A DNA stretch of 45,189 nt from Faecousia sp. (GCA_045531015.1 JAZSDE010000087.1:1-45189); one strand, 5' to 3'. Counted from the first letter of the stretch, positions 34,577-44,855 are shown. The notes: generated from the sequence alone by a model not told the origin. Numbers and translations: made by a program.

Positions 34577-35542
34577 TTATGCTAAATCGCGGCAAATATC
34601 TTTGGCAATCCGGTAAATATCTTCCATCGAGGAAATGGCAGAGATCTGGGTCTTATAGAAGCTGCTGTGGGGCACGCCCCGCAGATACCATGCGAAATGC
34701 TTCCGGGCTTCCAGGCAGGCGATGTGCTCCCCCTTTTCTTCCCTTGCAAGGCGGAACTGCTCCACCGCCACCGCCACTCTCTCGGAAAGAACAGGGCGCG
34801 TGTATTCCCTATTTCCATTAAGAGCCGCTTTGACCTCCCTGAAGATCCACGGGTCACCGAAGGTGGCTCTGCCGATCATCAGTCCGTCTGCACCAGTCCA
34901 TTTCAGGCAGCGGCTCGCACTCTCGCCGTCTACTACATCGCCGTTGGCAATCACCGGTACGCTCCGGGCAGCCTTTACTTTCGCGATCATATCCCAGTCA
35001 GCTTTGCCGGTATAGAGCATACTCCGGGTACGTCCGTGGACTGTGATCAGCGATGCGCCGCAGTCCTCCATCCGGGCGGTAAAGTCCAAAACGTTGATAC
35101 TCCCCTTGTCCCACCCAAGGCGGCATTTTACGGTTACAGGCACATCCACAGCCTTTACGACCGCTTTTACGATCTCCCCTGCCAGCGCGGGCGTACGCAT
35201 CAGGCCGCAGCCGTCACCGCTATTTGCGATTTTCGGCATAGGGCAGCCCATATTGATGTCTAAAAAGTCACAGCCGGAAATTTCCAGCGCAAGGCGCGCG
35301 CCCTCTGCCATTACATTCGGATCGTTGCCGAAAATCTGGGCGCCGCAAATACTGCCCCCATTTTTCTGCAGAAGGGCAGCGCTTTTTTTATCCTTATATA
35401 CGAGGGCGCGGGAGGATACCATCTCCGTCACCGTCACATCTGCGCCCAAGGAAGCACAGGTGGTGCGAAAGGCCCAATCTGTCACCCCGGCCATAGGACC
35501 GAGAAACAGCGGTTTTTCTATTTCTTTCTTTCCGATAAACAT
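34577..35542 (-). CDS. dusB: tRNA-dihydrouridine synthase
   Basis: PMAGVTD, TEMVS, DINMGCP, VHGRT, IANGD, MIGRA. Confidence 0.93.
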   Translation of the reverse strand: MFIGKKEIEKPLFLGPMAGVTDWAFRTTCASLGADVTVTEMVSSRALVYKDKKSAALLQKNGGSICGAQIFGNDPNVMAEGARLALEISGCDFLDINMGCPMPKIANSGDGCGLMRTPALAGEIVKAVVKAVDVPVTVKCRLGWDKGSINVLDFTARMEDCGASLITVHGRTRSMLYTGKADWDMIAKVKAARSVPVIANGDVVDGESASRCLKWTGADGLMIGRATFGDPWIFREVKAALNGNREYTRPVLSERVAVAVEQFRLAREEKGEHIACLEARKHFAWYLRGVPHSSFYKTQISAISSMEDIYRIAKDICRDLA

Positions 35543-35566
35543 ACCTTTTCGCCCCCTTTTCGGGGC

Positions 35567-35595
35567 ATTATACCATAGAAAAAGCCACTTTTCAA
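35567..35595 (-). promoter_or_regulatory. sigma-A promoter of dusB
   Basis: TTGAAA-17-TATAAT with extended -10 TG. Confidence 0.7.
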
Positions 35596-35596
35596 G

Positions 35597-35839
35597 TCAC
35601 AAAAGTAAGCTTATCAGCCACGCGATCCCCACGGTAAGGCCGCCGCACAGCGCCCAAATCGCTCCCTGCCACGGCTTTTCTTCTACTTGGGGTGTGTGCA
35701 GCAGGTGCTTTGCTTCTTTCAGCAGGGCTTCATCGGTAATGCCCGGGGTGTCCTCCTTTAATATAAAGATCGCCTGCTCGAAGAGCTTTTTATCCGGTGC
35801 GTCCACCACGATGATTTGCTTTGATATGCCTTTTACCAT
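35597..35839 (-). CDS. Small hypothetical membrane protein
   Basis: MVKGISKQIIVV..FEQAIFILK, C-terminal TM; AAGGAGG RBS. Confidence 0.75.
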   Translation of the reverse strand: MVKGISKQIIVVDAPDKKLFEQAIFILKEDTPGITDEALLKEAKHLLHTPQVEEKPWQGAIWALCGGLTVGIAWLISLLL

Positions 35840-35886
35840 AGAAACGCCTCCTTACTTTATAAGTAGCATTCCCAGGGTTTTACATA

Positions 35887-36624
35887 TCATACATCTTTTG
35901 GACGGTTATATCTACCCTGCGGTTCCCATTCGGCAAGGGGCAGCCGCTGCATCGCGCCGAAAATACGCTCCTTGAGGTCGGGATATTTGGCAGACAGGTC
36001 ATAAACAAGCTGCTTGATCTCCTCCCGCTTGGTGCGTTTATCCACGGGGCAGCGGTTCTGGACGATGGGCAGATTCATCCGCTGTGCAAAAGCCTCCACC
36101 GTCTTTTCGTGGATGTAGAGCATAGGCCGAATTTGGACGATACCGGTGCGGTCTAAGTCAGTTACCGGCTGGAAGCAGCCGATCCGTCCCTCATAAATAA
36201 GATTCATCACAAAGGTCTCTACCGCATCGTCAAAGTGATGACCCAGCGCCAGCTTATTCAGTCCCCGATCCAGCAGTGCTTGATTGATTGCACCACGGCG
36301 CATTTTGGCGCACATAGAGCAGGGATTTTTCTCCTGTCGGTAATCGAAGATGATCTTGGAAATTTCGGTGTTTACGACGGTCAGCGGAATGCCGAGGTCA
36401 TCGCACAGCTTTTGGATGGGCGAAAAGTCCATACCGAAGCCAAGATCCACCGTCACCGCTTCCAAATAAAAGTCGATGCCGCAGTGCCGCCGCAGCTCCG
36501 CCATCAGCACAAGCAGCGCCAAAGAGTCCTTGCCGCCAGACACGCCTACGCCGATCCGGTCACCGGGTACGATCATTTTGTAGTCTTCTACGCAGCGGCG
36601 CATCAGTCCGACTAACTTCTGCAT
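35887..36624 (-). CDS. ttcA: tRNA 2-thiocytidine biosynthesis TtcA-like PP-loop ATPase
   Basis: SGGKDS, PCSMCAKMRRG, ALGHHFDD, IRPM; start ATG 36624 after GGAGG. Confidence 0.85.
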   Translation of the reverse strand: MQKLVGLMRRCVEDYKMIVPGDRIGVGVSGGKDSLALLVLMAELRRHCGIDFYLEAVTVDLGFGMDFSPIQKLCDDLGIPLTVVNTEISKIIFDYRQEKNPCSMCAKMRRGAINQALLDRGLNKLALGHHFDDAVETFVMNLIYEGRIGCFQPVTDLDRTGIVQIRPMLYIHEKTVEAFAQRMNLPIVQNRCPVDKRTKREEIKQLVYDLSAKYPDLKERIFGAMQRLPLAEWEPQGRYNRPKDV

Positions 36625-36740
36625 AGCATTTTCCTCCGTTTTTTTGTAAAAATAGAAAGTGAGCATTTGCGAGCATTAAAGAGAAATGCAGAGATTTTAA
36701 GAGTTTATCTCGGATTTCATAAAATTTCTTAAAAATTCAC

Positions 36741-36769
36741 TTGACAATGCGATTTCTATATGGTATAAA
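36741..36769 (+). promoter_or_regulatory. sigma-A promoter of rplM-rpsI
   Basis: TTGACA-17-TATAAA with extended -10 TG. Confidence 0.8.
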
Positions 36770-36774
36770 AATCA

Positions 36775-36830
36775 AGCGTTTGCGGTTATTGTACCGCAAG
36801 GACATACGTTTGTCAAAATAATTTAACCTA
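36775..36830 (+). promoter_or_regulatory. Structured rplM leader (possible L13-leader-like element)
   Basis: Hairpins TTGCGGT/ACCGCAA and GACA/TGTC between promoter and RBS. Confidence 0.35.
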
Positions 36831-36845
36831 TTGGAGGAAAGCATA

Positions 36846-37277
36846 ATGTCCACTACTCTGGCAAAGAAGGAGACCGTCGAGCGTAAGTGGTACGTCATCG
36901 ATGCAGCCGGCAAGCCCCTGGGCCGTACCGCTGTGATCGCTGCCAACCTGCTCCGCGGTAAGCACAAAGTTGATTTCACCCCCAACGTTGACTGCGGTGA
37001 CTACGTCATCATCATCAACACCGACAAGGCTGTTCTCACCGGCAACAAGCTGGACCAGAAGTCCTACTACCGTGTAACCGGTTGGATCGGCGGCCTGAAG
37101 GAGACCAAGGCGCGCGTAATGATGGATAACCGTTCCGATTACGCAGTAGAGCTGGCTGTCAAGGGTATGCTGCCCAAGAACACTCTGGGCCGTAACTGCC
37201 TGAACCGTCTGCACCTGTACAAGGGCGCTGAGCATCCCCACGCAGCACAGAAGCCCGCTGCATGGACTCTGGACTGA
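36846..37277 (+). CDS. rplM: 50S ribosomal protein L13
   Basis: RKWYVIDA..LGR..LRGKHK..TPNVDCGD, AVKGMLPKN. Confidence 0.98.
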   Translation: MSTTLAKKETVERKWYVIDAAGKPLGRTAVIAANLLRGKHKVDFTPNVDCGDYVIIINTDKAVLTGNKLDQKSYYRVTGWIGGLKETKARVMMDNRSDYAVELAVKGMLPKNTLGRNCLNRLHLYKGAEHPHAAQKPAAWTLD

Positions 37278-37294
37278 TTTGGAGGTAATCGATT

Positions 37295-37699
37295 ATGTAC
37301 GAGAGCAAGAAGAAGTATAACTACGGCACCGGCCGCCGTAAGTCCTCCGTTGCCCGTGTTCGTGTTTACGAGAACGGCACCGGTTCCATCATCATCAATG
37401 GCCGCGATATCGACGATTACTTCGGTCTGGAGACCCTGAAGCTGATCGTCCGTCAGCCCCTGGTCACCTCTGACCTGGTTGGTAAGGTTGACGTTGTTGT
37501 CAACGTTGCAGGCGGTGGCGTTTCCGGCCAGGCCGGCGCGATCCGTCACGGCATTTCCCGCGCTCTGCTGACCCTGAACCCCGAGCTGCGCCCCTCTCTG
37601 AAGGCTGCCGGTTTCCTGACCCGCGACCCCAGAATGAAGGAAAGAAAGAAGTACGGCTTGAAGGCTGCACGTCGCGCACCTCAGTTCTCCAAGAGATAA
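37295..37699 (+). CDS. rpsI: 30S ribosomal protein S9
   Basis: [36 protein letters not shown]. Confidence 0.98.
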   Translation: MYESKKKYNYGTGRRKSSVARVRVYENGTGSIIINGRDIDDYFGLETLKLIVRQPLVTSDLVGKVDVVVNVAGGGVSGQAGAIRHGISRALLTLNPELRPSLKAAGFLTRDPRMKERKKYGLKAARRAPQFSKR

Positions 37700-37716
37700 T
37701 TTACCCTTGGACTTCC

Positions 37717-37751
37717 AGAACCCGTTCCGTTTGGAGCGGGTTCTTTTTTTT
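37717..37751 (+). terminator. Intrinsic terminator
   Basis: AGAACCCGTTCC-loop-GGAGCGGGTTCT followed by T run. Confidence 0.85.
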
Positions 37752-37775
37752 GCGCAGATCTTCGGTGCATCCAGG

Positions 37776-37828
37776 CCCTCATCCGACCTCTCTTTGCTCG
37801 GCCACCTTCCCCGAAGGGGAAGGCTTTG
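37776..37828. repeat. Single two-hairpin REP-like repeat
   Basis: 3 mismatches in 53 bp versus 8046-8098. Confidence 0.85.
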
Positions 37829-37839
37829 TAAAATTAAGG

Positions 37840-37867
37840 TTGCAATTTTTCTCAATCGTGCTACACT
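37840..37867 (+). promoter_or_regulatory. sigma-A promoter of tldD
   Basis: TTGCAA-16-TACACT with extended -10 TG. Confidence 0.55.
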
Positions 37868-37899
37868 AATTTTATCAAACTAAGAAAGAAGGGATCCTT

Positions 37900-39303
37900 A
37901 TGTCTTTTTCTGAATTCTTAAATTCCAGACGAGAGGCTGCCAAGGCTTTGGTCTGTGAATTAAAAAAGGATTTCCAGTATGCCAGCATTTTAGGCGCTGA
38001 CATCAAATCCAAATCCGTTCGCGTGGATCGGAACACCTCAAACATCAGCACCGGTCGGGATACCGAGTGCGGTTTCGTTGTCAAGCTGTCCGACGGCAAG
38101 CTGATCTATGAATACGCCCTCGATGATATTAGCGGTGATATCCCTGCCCTCGCTCAGACCATCGCAAACACTTTCCGACTGAATGCCAAGCTGCTAAGCA
38201 GCGCTGTAGGCAGCCTGAATCTCAGCGATGAGCCTTTGGTGCAGTCCTTCTGCCGTCCCAGTGATCTATGCAGCTTTACGGATAATCAAATTCTGGATGC
38301 CTGCGTAAAAAGCCGGGACAAGCTGCTTTCAGCCAGCGAATATATTCTCAATGCATTTGCTATGGTCAGTTCCTACGAGGTATCCAAGCTGTTCATCTCT
38401 GAGAATCGGGAATTAGATCAGAATTTCGTATGGATCAATGGCTACCTTATGGCTATTTACAAGGAAACCGATAAGCTGGTGCAGGTTCGCGAGGGCGTCT
38501 ACGGCGACCAGATGGAAACTATCCTTTCCGGTATGCCTACGCTCATCGATAAGCTCCTGCGGAAAGCTAAGATCCTCACCCTTGCCAAGCCCATTACTCC
38601 CGGTGTGTATGATGTGATCACCGATCCCACCATCACCGGCCTGATCGCCCACGAGGCATTTGGTCACGGTGTGGAAATGGACCAGTTTGTGAAGGATCGG
38701 GCTCTTGCCAAGCAGTATGTAGGCAAGTACGTTGCCTCCCCCATTTGCAATATGCGCGACGGTGCGGCATCCGTAGTCAGCGCAGGCTCTTATTTCTTCG
38801 ATGACGACGGTGTGCTTGCCGGTGATACCCAGATCATTAAAGACGGTATTTTGGTCACCGGCATCTCCGATCTTGCCTCTGCAACCCAGCTTGGCACCGC
38901 CCCCACAGGCAATGGCCGCAGAGAGTCCACCCGGCGTAAGGCCTATTCCAGAATGACCAACACATTCTTTGAAAAAGGAACAGATAAGCTCGAAGATATG
39001 ATTGCTTCTATTGACCACGGCTATATGATCTTTGAGACCAACAACGGTATGGAAGACCCCAAAAACTGGGCGATCCAATGCGTTGCCGAGTACGGCATTG
39101 AAATTAAGGACGGCAAGCTGACTGATAACTACGTCTCTCCCGTGGTTATGAGTGGCTATGTGCCCGATCTGCTAAAATCCATTTCCATGATCTCCGATGA
39201 CTTCGTGATCACCGGTGCCGGTATGTGCGGCAAAGGCTACAAGGAATGGGTGCGGGTCAGCGACGGCGGTCCGGCATTGAAAGTGAAGGTGAAATTGGGA
39301 TGA
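37900..39303 (+). CDS. tldD: TldD-family metalloprotease
   Basis: IAHEAFGHGVE (HExxGH), DDDGV, TGNGRR, RMTNT, CGKG..VSDGGP. Confidence 0.92.
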   Translation: MSFSEFLNSRREAAKALVCELKKDFQYASILGADIKSKSVRVDRNTSNISTGRDTECGFVVKLSDGKLIYEYALDDISGDIPALAQTIANTFRLNAKLLSSAVGSLNLSDEPLVQSFCRPSDLCSFTDNQILDACVKSRDKLLSASEYILNAFAMVSSYEVSKLFISENRELDQNFVWINGYLMAIYKETDKLVQVREGVYGDQMETILSGMPTLIDKLLRKAKILTLAKPITPGVYDVITDPTITGLIAHEAFGHGVEMDQFVKDRALAKQYVGKYVASPICNMRDGAASVVSAGSYFFDDDGVLAGDTQIIKDGILVTGISDLASATQLGTAPTGNGRRESTRRKAYSRMTNTFFEKGTDKLEDMIASIDHGYMIFETNNGMEDPKNWAIQCVAEYGIEIKDGKLTDNYVSPVVMSGYVPDLLKSISMISDDFVITGAGMCGKGYKEWVRVSDGGPALKVKVKLG

Positions 39304-40574
39304 ATACCATTACAAAGCTGCTGCAGGCAAACAAAGATGTCAGCGATTATAAGATCAATATCCACCGAAAAGAGACCTGCGAATTATTCTACATCCACGG
39401 GAAGCTCGAAACCGTCCGCGCAGCCGATAACTGTGAAAAAGAAGTGACTGTTTATGTGGAGCATGACGGTTTTAAGGGCGATGCCCAATTCTATGTATAT
39501 CCCTCCACCACCGAGGAGCAGATCGCCGTTCTTATTTCGGAGGCGGTCGCCAAGGCAAAACTGATTTGCAATCAGCCCTACTGTCTGCCCGGCGCGGAAA
39601 CCGGTAATTTTATTGTGGAGAGCAATTTCCGCGATCATGAGGCCGCCACCTTGGCTTCTATGATCTCCGATGCCGTTTTTGAAGCAAACACTATTGCCGG
39701 TGCTTCCCTAAACTCTGTTGAAATTTTCATCAACAAGCACACAGAGACCGTTTTAAATAGTCTTGGACTGCACAAAACCCAAGAGCGCTATGACGCTATG
39801 GTAGAAGCCATCCCTACATATAACGGAGAAAAGCAGAGCGTAGAGCTTTATGAGCAGTACAATTTCTCCCAATTTGATGCAAAGGGCATTACCGAGGAAA
39901 TTGCAGGCAAGCTGCAGGAGGTCAAGCTTCGCTACGAAGCGGTCACACCCGATTTTCCGCTTAGCTGCAAGGTGGTACTCAATAAGCTGGAGCTTTCCGA
40001 GTTGTTTTGGAATATTGCCGAAGATCTGAACTACACGAGCGTTTATTCCCACTCCAATCTTCGCAGCAAGGGAGAATTCGTGCAAAAGGATTCCGCGGGA
40101 GATAAGATCGGCATCACTATGTATGGACAGATCCCCGGTTGTATCCGCAGCTCCAGGTTTGACAGCGACGGTCTTTCCCTTTCCTCCATCCGCTTAGTGG
40201 AAGACAGCAAGGTGGTAAACTACTACGGCTCCAACCGCTTTGGTCAGTACTTAAAGGAAACGCCTACCGGCAATCTGCGCTGTCTGTCCGTGGATACCGG
40301 CAGCGCAGACGATACCGCGTTTTCCGCTGAACCCACACTGGAGATCATTTCTATGTCCGGCCTGCAGGTGGATTTCTACAGCGACTATATTGGCGGTGAA
40401 ATTCGTCTTGCCTATTATCACGACGGAGATAAGGTCACAGCCGTTACCGGCGTGTCCATCAGTGGAAGCCTTAACGAAGTACTGAAGGACATCCGTCTTT
40501 CCCAAAAGATTGGTATCCACGGCGGCTACTGCGGCCCGGAGAAGGCCATTTTGGATCACTTAAAAATCTTCTAA
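39300..40574 (+). CDS. PmbA/TldE-like partner subunit
   Basis: ATGA overlap with tldD; FDSDG, PTGN, SISGSL; no HExxGH. Confidence 0.8.
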   Translation: MNTITKLLQANKDVSDYKINIHRKETCELFYIHGKLETVRAADNCEKEVTVYVEHDGFKGDAQFYVYPSTTEEQIAVLISEAVAKAKLICNQPYCLPGAETGNFIVESNFRDHEAATLASMISDAVFEANTIAGASLNSVEIFINKHTETVLNSLGLHKTQERYDAMVEAIPTYNGEKQSVELYEQYNFSQFDAKGITEEIAGKLQEVKLRYEAVTPDFPLSCKVVLNKLELSELFWNIAEDLNYTSVYSHSNLRSKGEFVQKDSAGDKIGITMYGQIPGCIRSSRFDSDGLSLSSIRLVEDSKVVNYYGSNRFGQYLKETPTGNLRCLSVDTGSADDTAFSAEPTLEIISMSGLQVDFYSDYIGGEIRLAYYHDGDKVTAVTGVSISGSLNEVLKDIRLSQKIGIHGGYCGPEKAILDHLKIF

Positions 40575-40584
40575 ATACCTGTTC

Positions 40585-40615
40585 AGATACCGCCCAAAAG
40601 GGCGGTATCTTTTTT
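40585..40615 (+). terminator. Intrinsic terminator
   Basis: AGATACCGCCC-AAAA-GGGCGGTATCT-TTTTT. Confidence 0.85.
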
Positions 40616-40804
40616 CCACGGATACTGCTCCACAGTGTTGAACCGGATGTGGAAATTGTCGAATATCGGGGCAAAAATCACATTTATATCTATTATGAAC
40701 GCGCTCACAAAAATATTTCTCAAAATAGCACATTTTGTTTATAAAATATTCATAAAAGATGGTTATACTCAGTAAAAAACCAACTTTTTACAGGGAGTTA
40801 TATT

Positions 40805-43801
40805 ATGTTAGAATTAAACGGCATTACAAAAGTTTATGCCGCCGGAGAGCTGCGTGTGGATGCGCTTCGGGGTGTGGATATGGCATTCCGGAAAGCGGAA
40901 TTTGTATCCATACTTGGCCCCTCCGGCTGCGGCAAAACTACCCTGCTGAATATCCTCGGCGGCTTGGATCGCTACACCGAGGGCGATCTGCGGATCAACG
41001 GGCGGTCTACCAAGGAATTCAAGGATCGGGATTGGGACAGCTACCGCAACCATTCTGTCGGCTTTGTGTTCCAGAGCTACAACTTGATCCCTCACCAGTC
41101 TGTGCTCCAGAATGTGGAACTGGCGCTGACCCTTTCCGGTGTATCCAGGAAGGAGCGCCGCAAGCGGGCAAAGGAAGCCCTCGTCCGGGTAGGCTTGGGC
41201 GATCAGTTTAAGAAGAAGCCCAGCGAGATGTCCGGCGGACAGATGCAGCGCGTGGCCATTGCCCGGGCTATCGTCAATAACCCCGACATTATTCTTGCCG
41301 ACGAGCCCACCGGCGCGCTGGACACCGAAACCAGCGTGCAGGTTATGGAGATCCTCAAAGAGATCGCCAAAGACCGGCTGGTAGTAATGGTTACCCACAA
41401 CCCGGCCTTGGCGGAGACCTACTCTACCCGGATCATCCGGATGGTAGACGGCAAGGTGATAAGCGACACGATGCCTCTGACCAACGAGGAAATAAACGCA
41501 GAAAAAGAGCAGGAAAAGGCACTTATCCGTCCCAAAAAGGCAGAAAAAAAGCCCTCTATGTCCCTCTTTACGTCCTTTGGTTTGTCCCTTAAAAATCTCT
41601 TTACCAAAAAAGGTCGCACGATGCTGACCTCCTTTGCCGGCTCTATCGGCATCATTGGCATTGCGCTGATCTATGCCGTCTCTCAGGGCGCTACTGCCTA
41701 CATTAACTTGGTGCAGGAGGAAGCGCTGACTGCCTATCCCCTGACCCTGCAGGCACAGACGATGGATCTATCTTCCCTTATGGAGACCTTTATCGGCAAT
41801 GCCGAGTCCGTTGGCGACCACGAAAACGATGCGGTCTATCAAAAGGCGATGGTCTATCATTTGGTCAACGCCCTTGCCAAGGTGGAAACCAGTAAAAACG
41901 ACCTTGCCGCCTTCAAAAAGCATATCGAAACGGCAGTCAAAAACGGCGATCCTATCGCTGATGCCCTGACAGGCATTGCATATAGCTATGATCTCGATCT
42001 TTTGGTCTACACGCAAAATGTGGACGGTGAGATCATAAAGTCTGATTCCCAAAGTCTTATGCAGGATATGCTTTTAGAGGTCTTTGGTATGAATCTCGGT
42101 TCTATGGTCTCCCTATCCGGAGGCGGCACCAGTATGATGGCCATGGGTGGAATGGGCGGTGGCAACACATGGCACGAGATCCTTCCCGGCAAGAATGGTG
42201 CGCTTATTAATGATGTGGTTAAAAAGCAGTACGATATTGTGGATGGTGCTTGGCCATCTGCCTATAACGAGGTTGTTCTGGTCGTAGACGAAAACAACGA
42301 ACTGGACGATATGGCGCTGTACGCCTTGGGTCTTAAGTCCAAAGAAGAAATCCGCGACCTGATGGAGGCGGCTAAAAATCAGACTGAGCTGGAATACGAG
42401 CAGAAAAAATGGACCTATGAAGAAATCCGAAATATGGAGTTTAAGATTATTCTTAACACTTCTTGCTATACGAAAGACGAGTATAGCGGTCTCTATTTTG
42501 ATCTGCGGGATACCTCTGCGGGACTCAAATATCTCTATGATAACGGTATTCCCCTGAAGGTCAGCGGTATTGTGCGTCCCAATCCCGATGCTTCTGCCAA
42601 CAGCCTAAATGGCTCCATCGCTTACACCCACGCACTGACTGCCCGTGTGGTAGAGGAAATCCGCAACAATGAGGTCATTGCTGCCCAACTGGCTTCTCCC
42701 AGTGTGGATATTTTTACCGGTCTCCCCTTCCCGGAAAACGTCAAAAATATGACCGATGCGGAAAAAGAAACCGCATTCCGTGCCTATATTGATCTGCTGG
42801 ACGAAAAGAGCAAAGCAAATGCCTATGTGACCATTATGTCCATCCCCAAGGATGAAGACGTGGAAAAATTTGTGAAAGCACAACTGGCTGCTTCCGGTGG
42901 ACGGGAGAAGATGGAAGCGATGATGCTCAAAGCCCTTGCCACGCAGACCGGTATGAAGGAAAGTGAGCTTTCCGGATACCTGCGTGCAATGAAGGACGAG
43001 GAGATTGAAGAAATGTACACTATGGCGCTGGAGGAGCAATATAAGGCAATGTATGCCGCCCAGGTGCAGGGTCGACTCAATGCTGTTCCCCAGGCGCAAA
43101 AAGGAATGCTTCTCGATCAGCTTTTAGAGGGCTTTACAGCCGCCGATTGCGCCCGGTATTATGAGCACGTGCTGGTCTTCTCCGAAAACAGCTTGGAGAG
43201 CAATCTGCGGGCGCTGGGCTATGTAGATCTCAATGACCCCGCCTCCATTATGCTCTACGCCTCCTCCTTTGAAAATAAGGATGTGATCGAGGCATTCATT
43301 GCAAACTACAACGATACCGTAGACGAGCTGTCTGAGATCCGCTATACCGATTATATCGGCATTATGATGGCTTCCATTACCACCATCATTAACGCCATCA
43401 CCTATGTGCTCATTTCCTTTGTGGCGGTATCTCTGGTGGTTTCCTCCATTATGATCGGTGTCATCACCCTAATCTCCGTACAGGAGCGCACCAAGGAGAT
43501 CGGTATCCTGCGTGCCATCGGTGCATCCAAACGAAATGTTTCCAGTATGTTTACGGCGGAAACAGTGATTATCGGCTTTGCCTCGGGACTTCTCGGTGTG
43601 CTTGTCACTTACGGACTGTGTATCCCCATCAATATGATTTTGGTTGCAGTGACCGGTATTCCCAATCTCCGGGCCACTCTGCCGGTAGATGTGGCAGTGC
43701 TGTTGGTGCTGATCAGTATGTTCCTTACCCTGATTGCAGGCATCATTCCCTCCCGCAGCGCAGCCCGGAAAGATCCGGTGGTAGCCCTTCGGACGGAGTA
43801 A
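40805..43801 (+). CDS. MacB-like ABC transporter, fused ATPase and FtsX-type permease
   Basis: [51 protein letters not shown]. Confidence 0.93.
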   Translation: MLELNGITKVYAAGELRVDALRGVDMAFRKAEFVSILGPSGCGKTTLLNILGGLDRYTEGDLRINGRSTKEFKDRDWDSYRNHSVGFVFQSYNLIPHQSVLQNVELALTLSGVSRKERRKRAKEALVRVGLGDQFKKKPSEMSGGQMQRVAIARAIVNNPDIILADEPTGALDTETSVQVMEILKEIAKDRLVVMVTHNPALAETYSTRIIRMVDGKVISDTMPLTNEEINAEKEQEKALIRPKKAEKKPSMSLFTSFGLSLKNLFTKKGRTMLTSFAGSIGIIGIALIYAVSQGATAYINLVQEEALTAYPLTLQAQTMDLSSLMETFIGNAESVGDHENDAVYQKAMVYHLVNALAKVETSKNDLAAFKKHIETAVKNGDPIADALTGIAYSYDLDLLVYTQNVDGEIIKSDSQSLMQDMLLEVFGMNLGSMVSLSGGGTSMMAMGGMGGGNTWHEILPGKNGALINDVVKKQYDIVDGAWPSAYNEVVLVVDENNELDDMALYALGLKSKEEIRDLMEAAKNQTELEYEQKKWTYEEIRNMEFKIILNTSCYTKDEYSGLYFDLRDTSAGLKYLYDNGIPLKVSGIVRPNPDASANSLNGSIAYTHALTARVVEEIRNNEVIAAQLASPSVDIFTGLPFPENVKNMTDAEKETAFRAYIDLLDEKSKANAYVTIMSIPKDEDVEKFVKAQLAASGGREKMEAMMLKALATQTGMKESELSGYLRAMKDEEIEEMYTMALEEQYKAMYAAQVQGRLNAVPQAQKGMLLDQLLEGFTAADCARYYEHVLVFSENSLESNLRALGYVDLNDPASIMLYASSFENKDVIEAFIANYNDTVDELSEIRYTDYIGIMMASITTIINAITYVLISFVAVSLVVSSIMIGVITLISVQERTKEIGILRAIGASKRNVSSMFTAETVIIGFASGLLGVLVTYGLCIPINMILVAVTGIPNLRATLPVDVAVLLVLISMFLTLIAGIIPSRSAARKDPVVALRTE

Positions 43802-43810
43802 TTATGATAT

Positions 43811-43841
43811 AGCCGGTACGGCCTTTGACCGTACCGGCTTT
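43811..43841 (+). terminator. Intrinsic terminator
   Basis: AGCCGGTACGG-loop-CCGTACCGGCT-TTT. Confidence 0.75.
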
Positions 43842-43878
43842 CAATATATATAAGCACTTAATAAATTCTTAAAATATC

Positions 43879-43907
43879 TTTACATTTTTTTAATAATATG
43901 ATATACT
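43879..43907 (+). promoter_or_regulatory. sigma-A promoter
   Basis: TTTACA-17-TATACT with extended -10 TG. Confidence 0.6.
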
Positions 43908-43970
43908 GACTCTACGCACCGTGCGTGCTGTTATTGCAAGAGAAAATAAGAGAGAAAAGAGGCAAAAACC

Positions 43971-44780
43971 ATGCAGTTTTTCGAAGACTTGTTGCGCCTT
44001 TTAGATGCCAAAATGACGACGCCTGTCCCCTACGGATGGTTCCATCTTCTTTGGTTTGCAGTGTCCATCGCAGTCGGTATCCTGCTTTGCTGCACCCACA
44101 AGAAGGGTGATGACGCCCGCGTACGCCGTACCGTGCTGATCACTGCCATCATCGTGACCGTTTTGGAAGTTTATAAGCAGATCAATTATAGCTTCTCTTA
44201 CGAAAACGGAATCGAATTTTACTACCAATGGTACATCTTCCCTTGGCAATTCTGCTCTACACCCCTATACGTAGGCCTGATCGCAGGCTTTACCAAAGAG
44301 GGACTTATCCATCGTGCCACCAATGCGTACTTAGCTACTTATGCTCTCTTTGCCGGCCTTTGCGTGATGTTCTACCCTACCACCGTATTTACGCAGACCA
44401 TAGGCATTAACATTCAGACGATGGTTTGCCACGGCTCTATGATTACTGTTGCCATTTATCTGTTTGGCTCCGGCTATGTGAAAGCGGATAAGAAGACTTT
44501 CCTGCGCGCCGCTTCCGTATTTGCCATTGCGGTGGGCATCGCGGTTATACTTAACGAGATTGGATACAGAACCGGCTTGACAGAGGATCATTTCTTTAAT
44601 ATGTTCTACATCAGTCCTTACTGTGACCCTCACCTGCCGGTATACTCCATTGTACAGCAGTATGTCCCCTTCCCCTTCTGCCTGTTTATTTACATTGCCG
44701 GCTTCTCCGCCGCCGTTGCCATTATCCTGCTGGCGGTAAAGGGTATCGAGGTGCTGGCAAAGAAAAAGGTTACTGCTTAA
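43971..44780 (+). CDS. YwaF/TMEM164-like integral membrane protein
   Basis: Multiple TMs; FH, E..KQ, FPWQFCS, H, NMFY motifs. Confidence 0.7.
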   Translation: MQFFEDLLRLLDAKMTTPVPYGWFHLLWFAVSIAVGILLCCTHKKGDDARVRRTVLITAIIVTVLEVYKQINYSFSYENGIEFYYQWYIFPWQFCSTPLYVGLIAGFTKEGLIHRATNAYLATYALFAGLCVMFYPTTVFTQTIGINIQTMVCHGSMITVAIYLFGSGYVKADKKTFLRAASVFAIAVGIAVILNEIGYRTGLTEDHFFNMFYISPYCDPHLPVYSIVQQYVPFPFCLFIYIAGFSAAVAIILLAVKGIEVLAKKKVTA

Positions 44781-44788
44781 TGTGAAAA

Positions 44789-44855
44789 GGACCGTCGAGG
44801 ACGCCGGTCCCTACAAAGGTACACTCCAATGTAGGGACCAGTCTCCGGACGGTCC
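44789..44855. repeat. GTAG-type REP doublet with tags facing inward, between convergent genes
   Basis: GGACCGTCGAGGACGCCGGTCCCTAC ... GTAGGGACCAGTCTCCGGACGGTCC. Confidence 0.8.

Noticed and set aside
37900-43801. RiPP/microcin cluster (TldD/E plus exporter)
   Set aside because: No precursor peptide, YcaO or radical SAM gene, and a terminator separates pmbA from the ABC gene.
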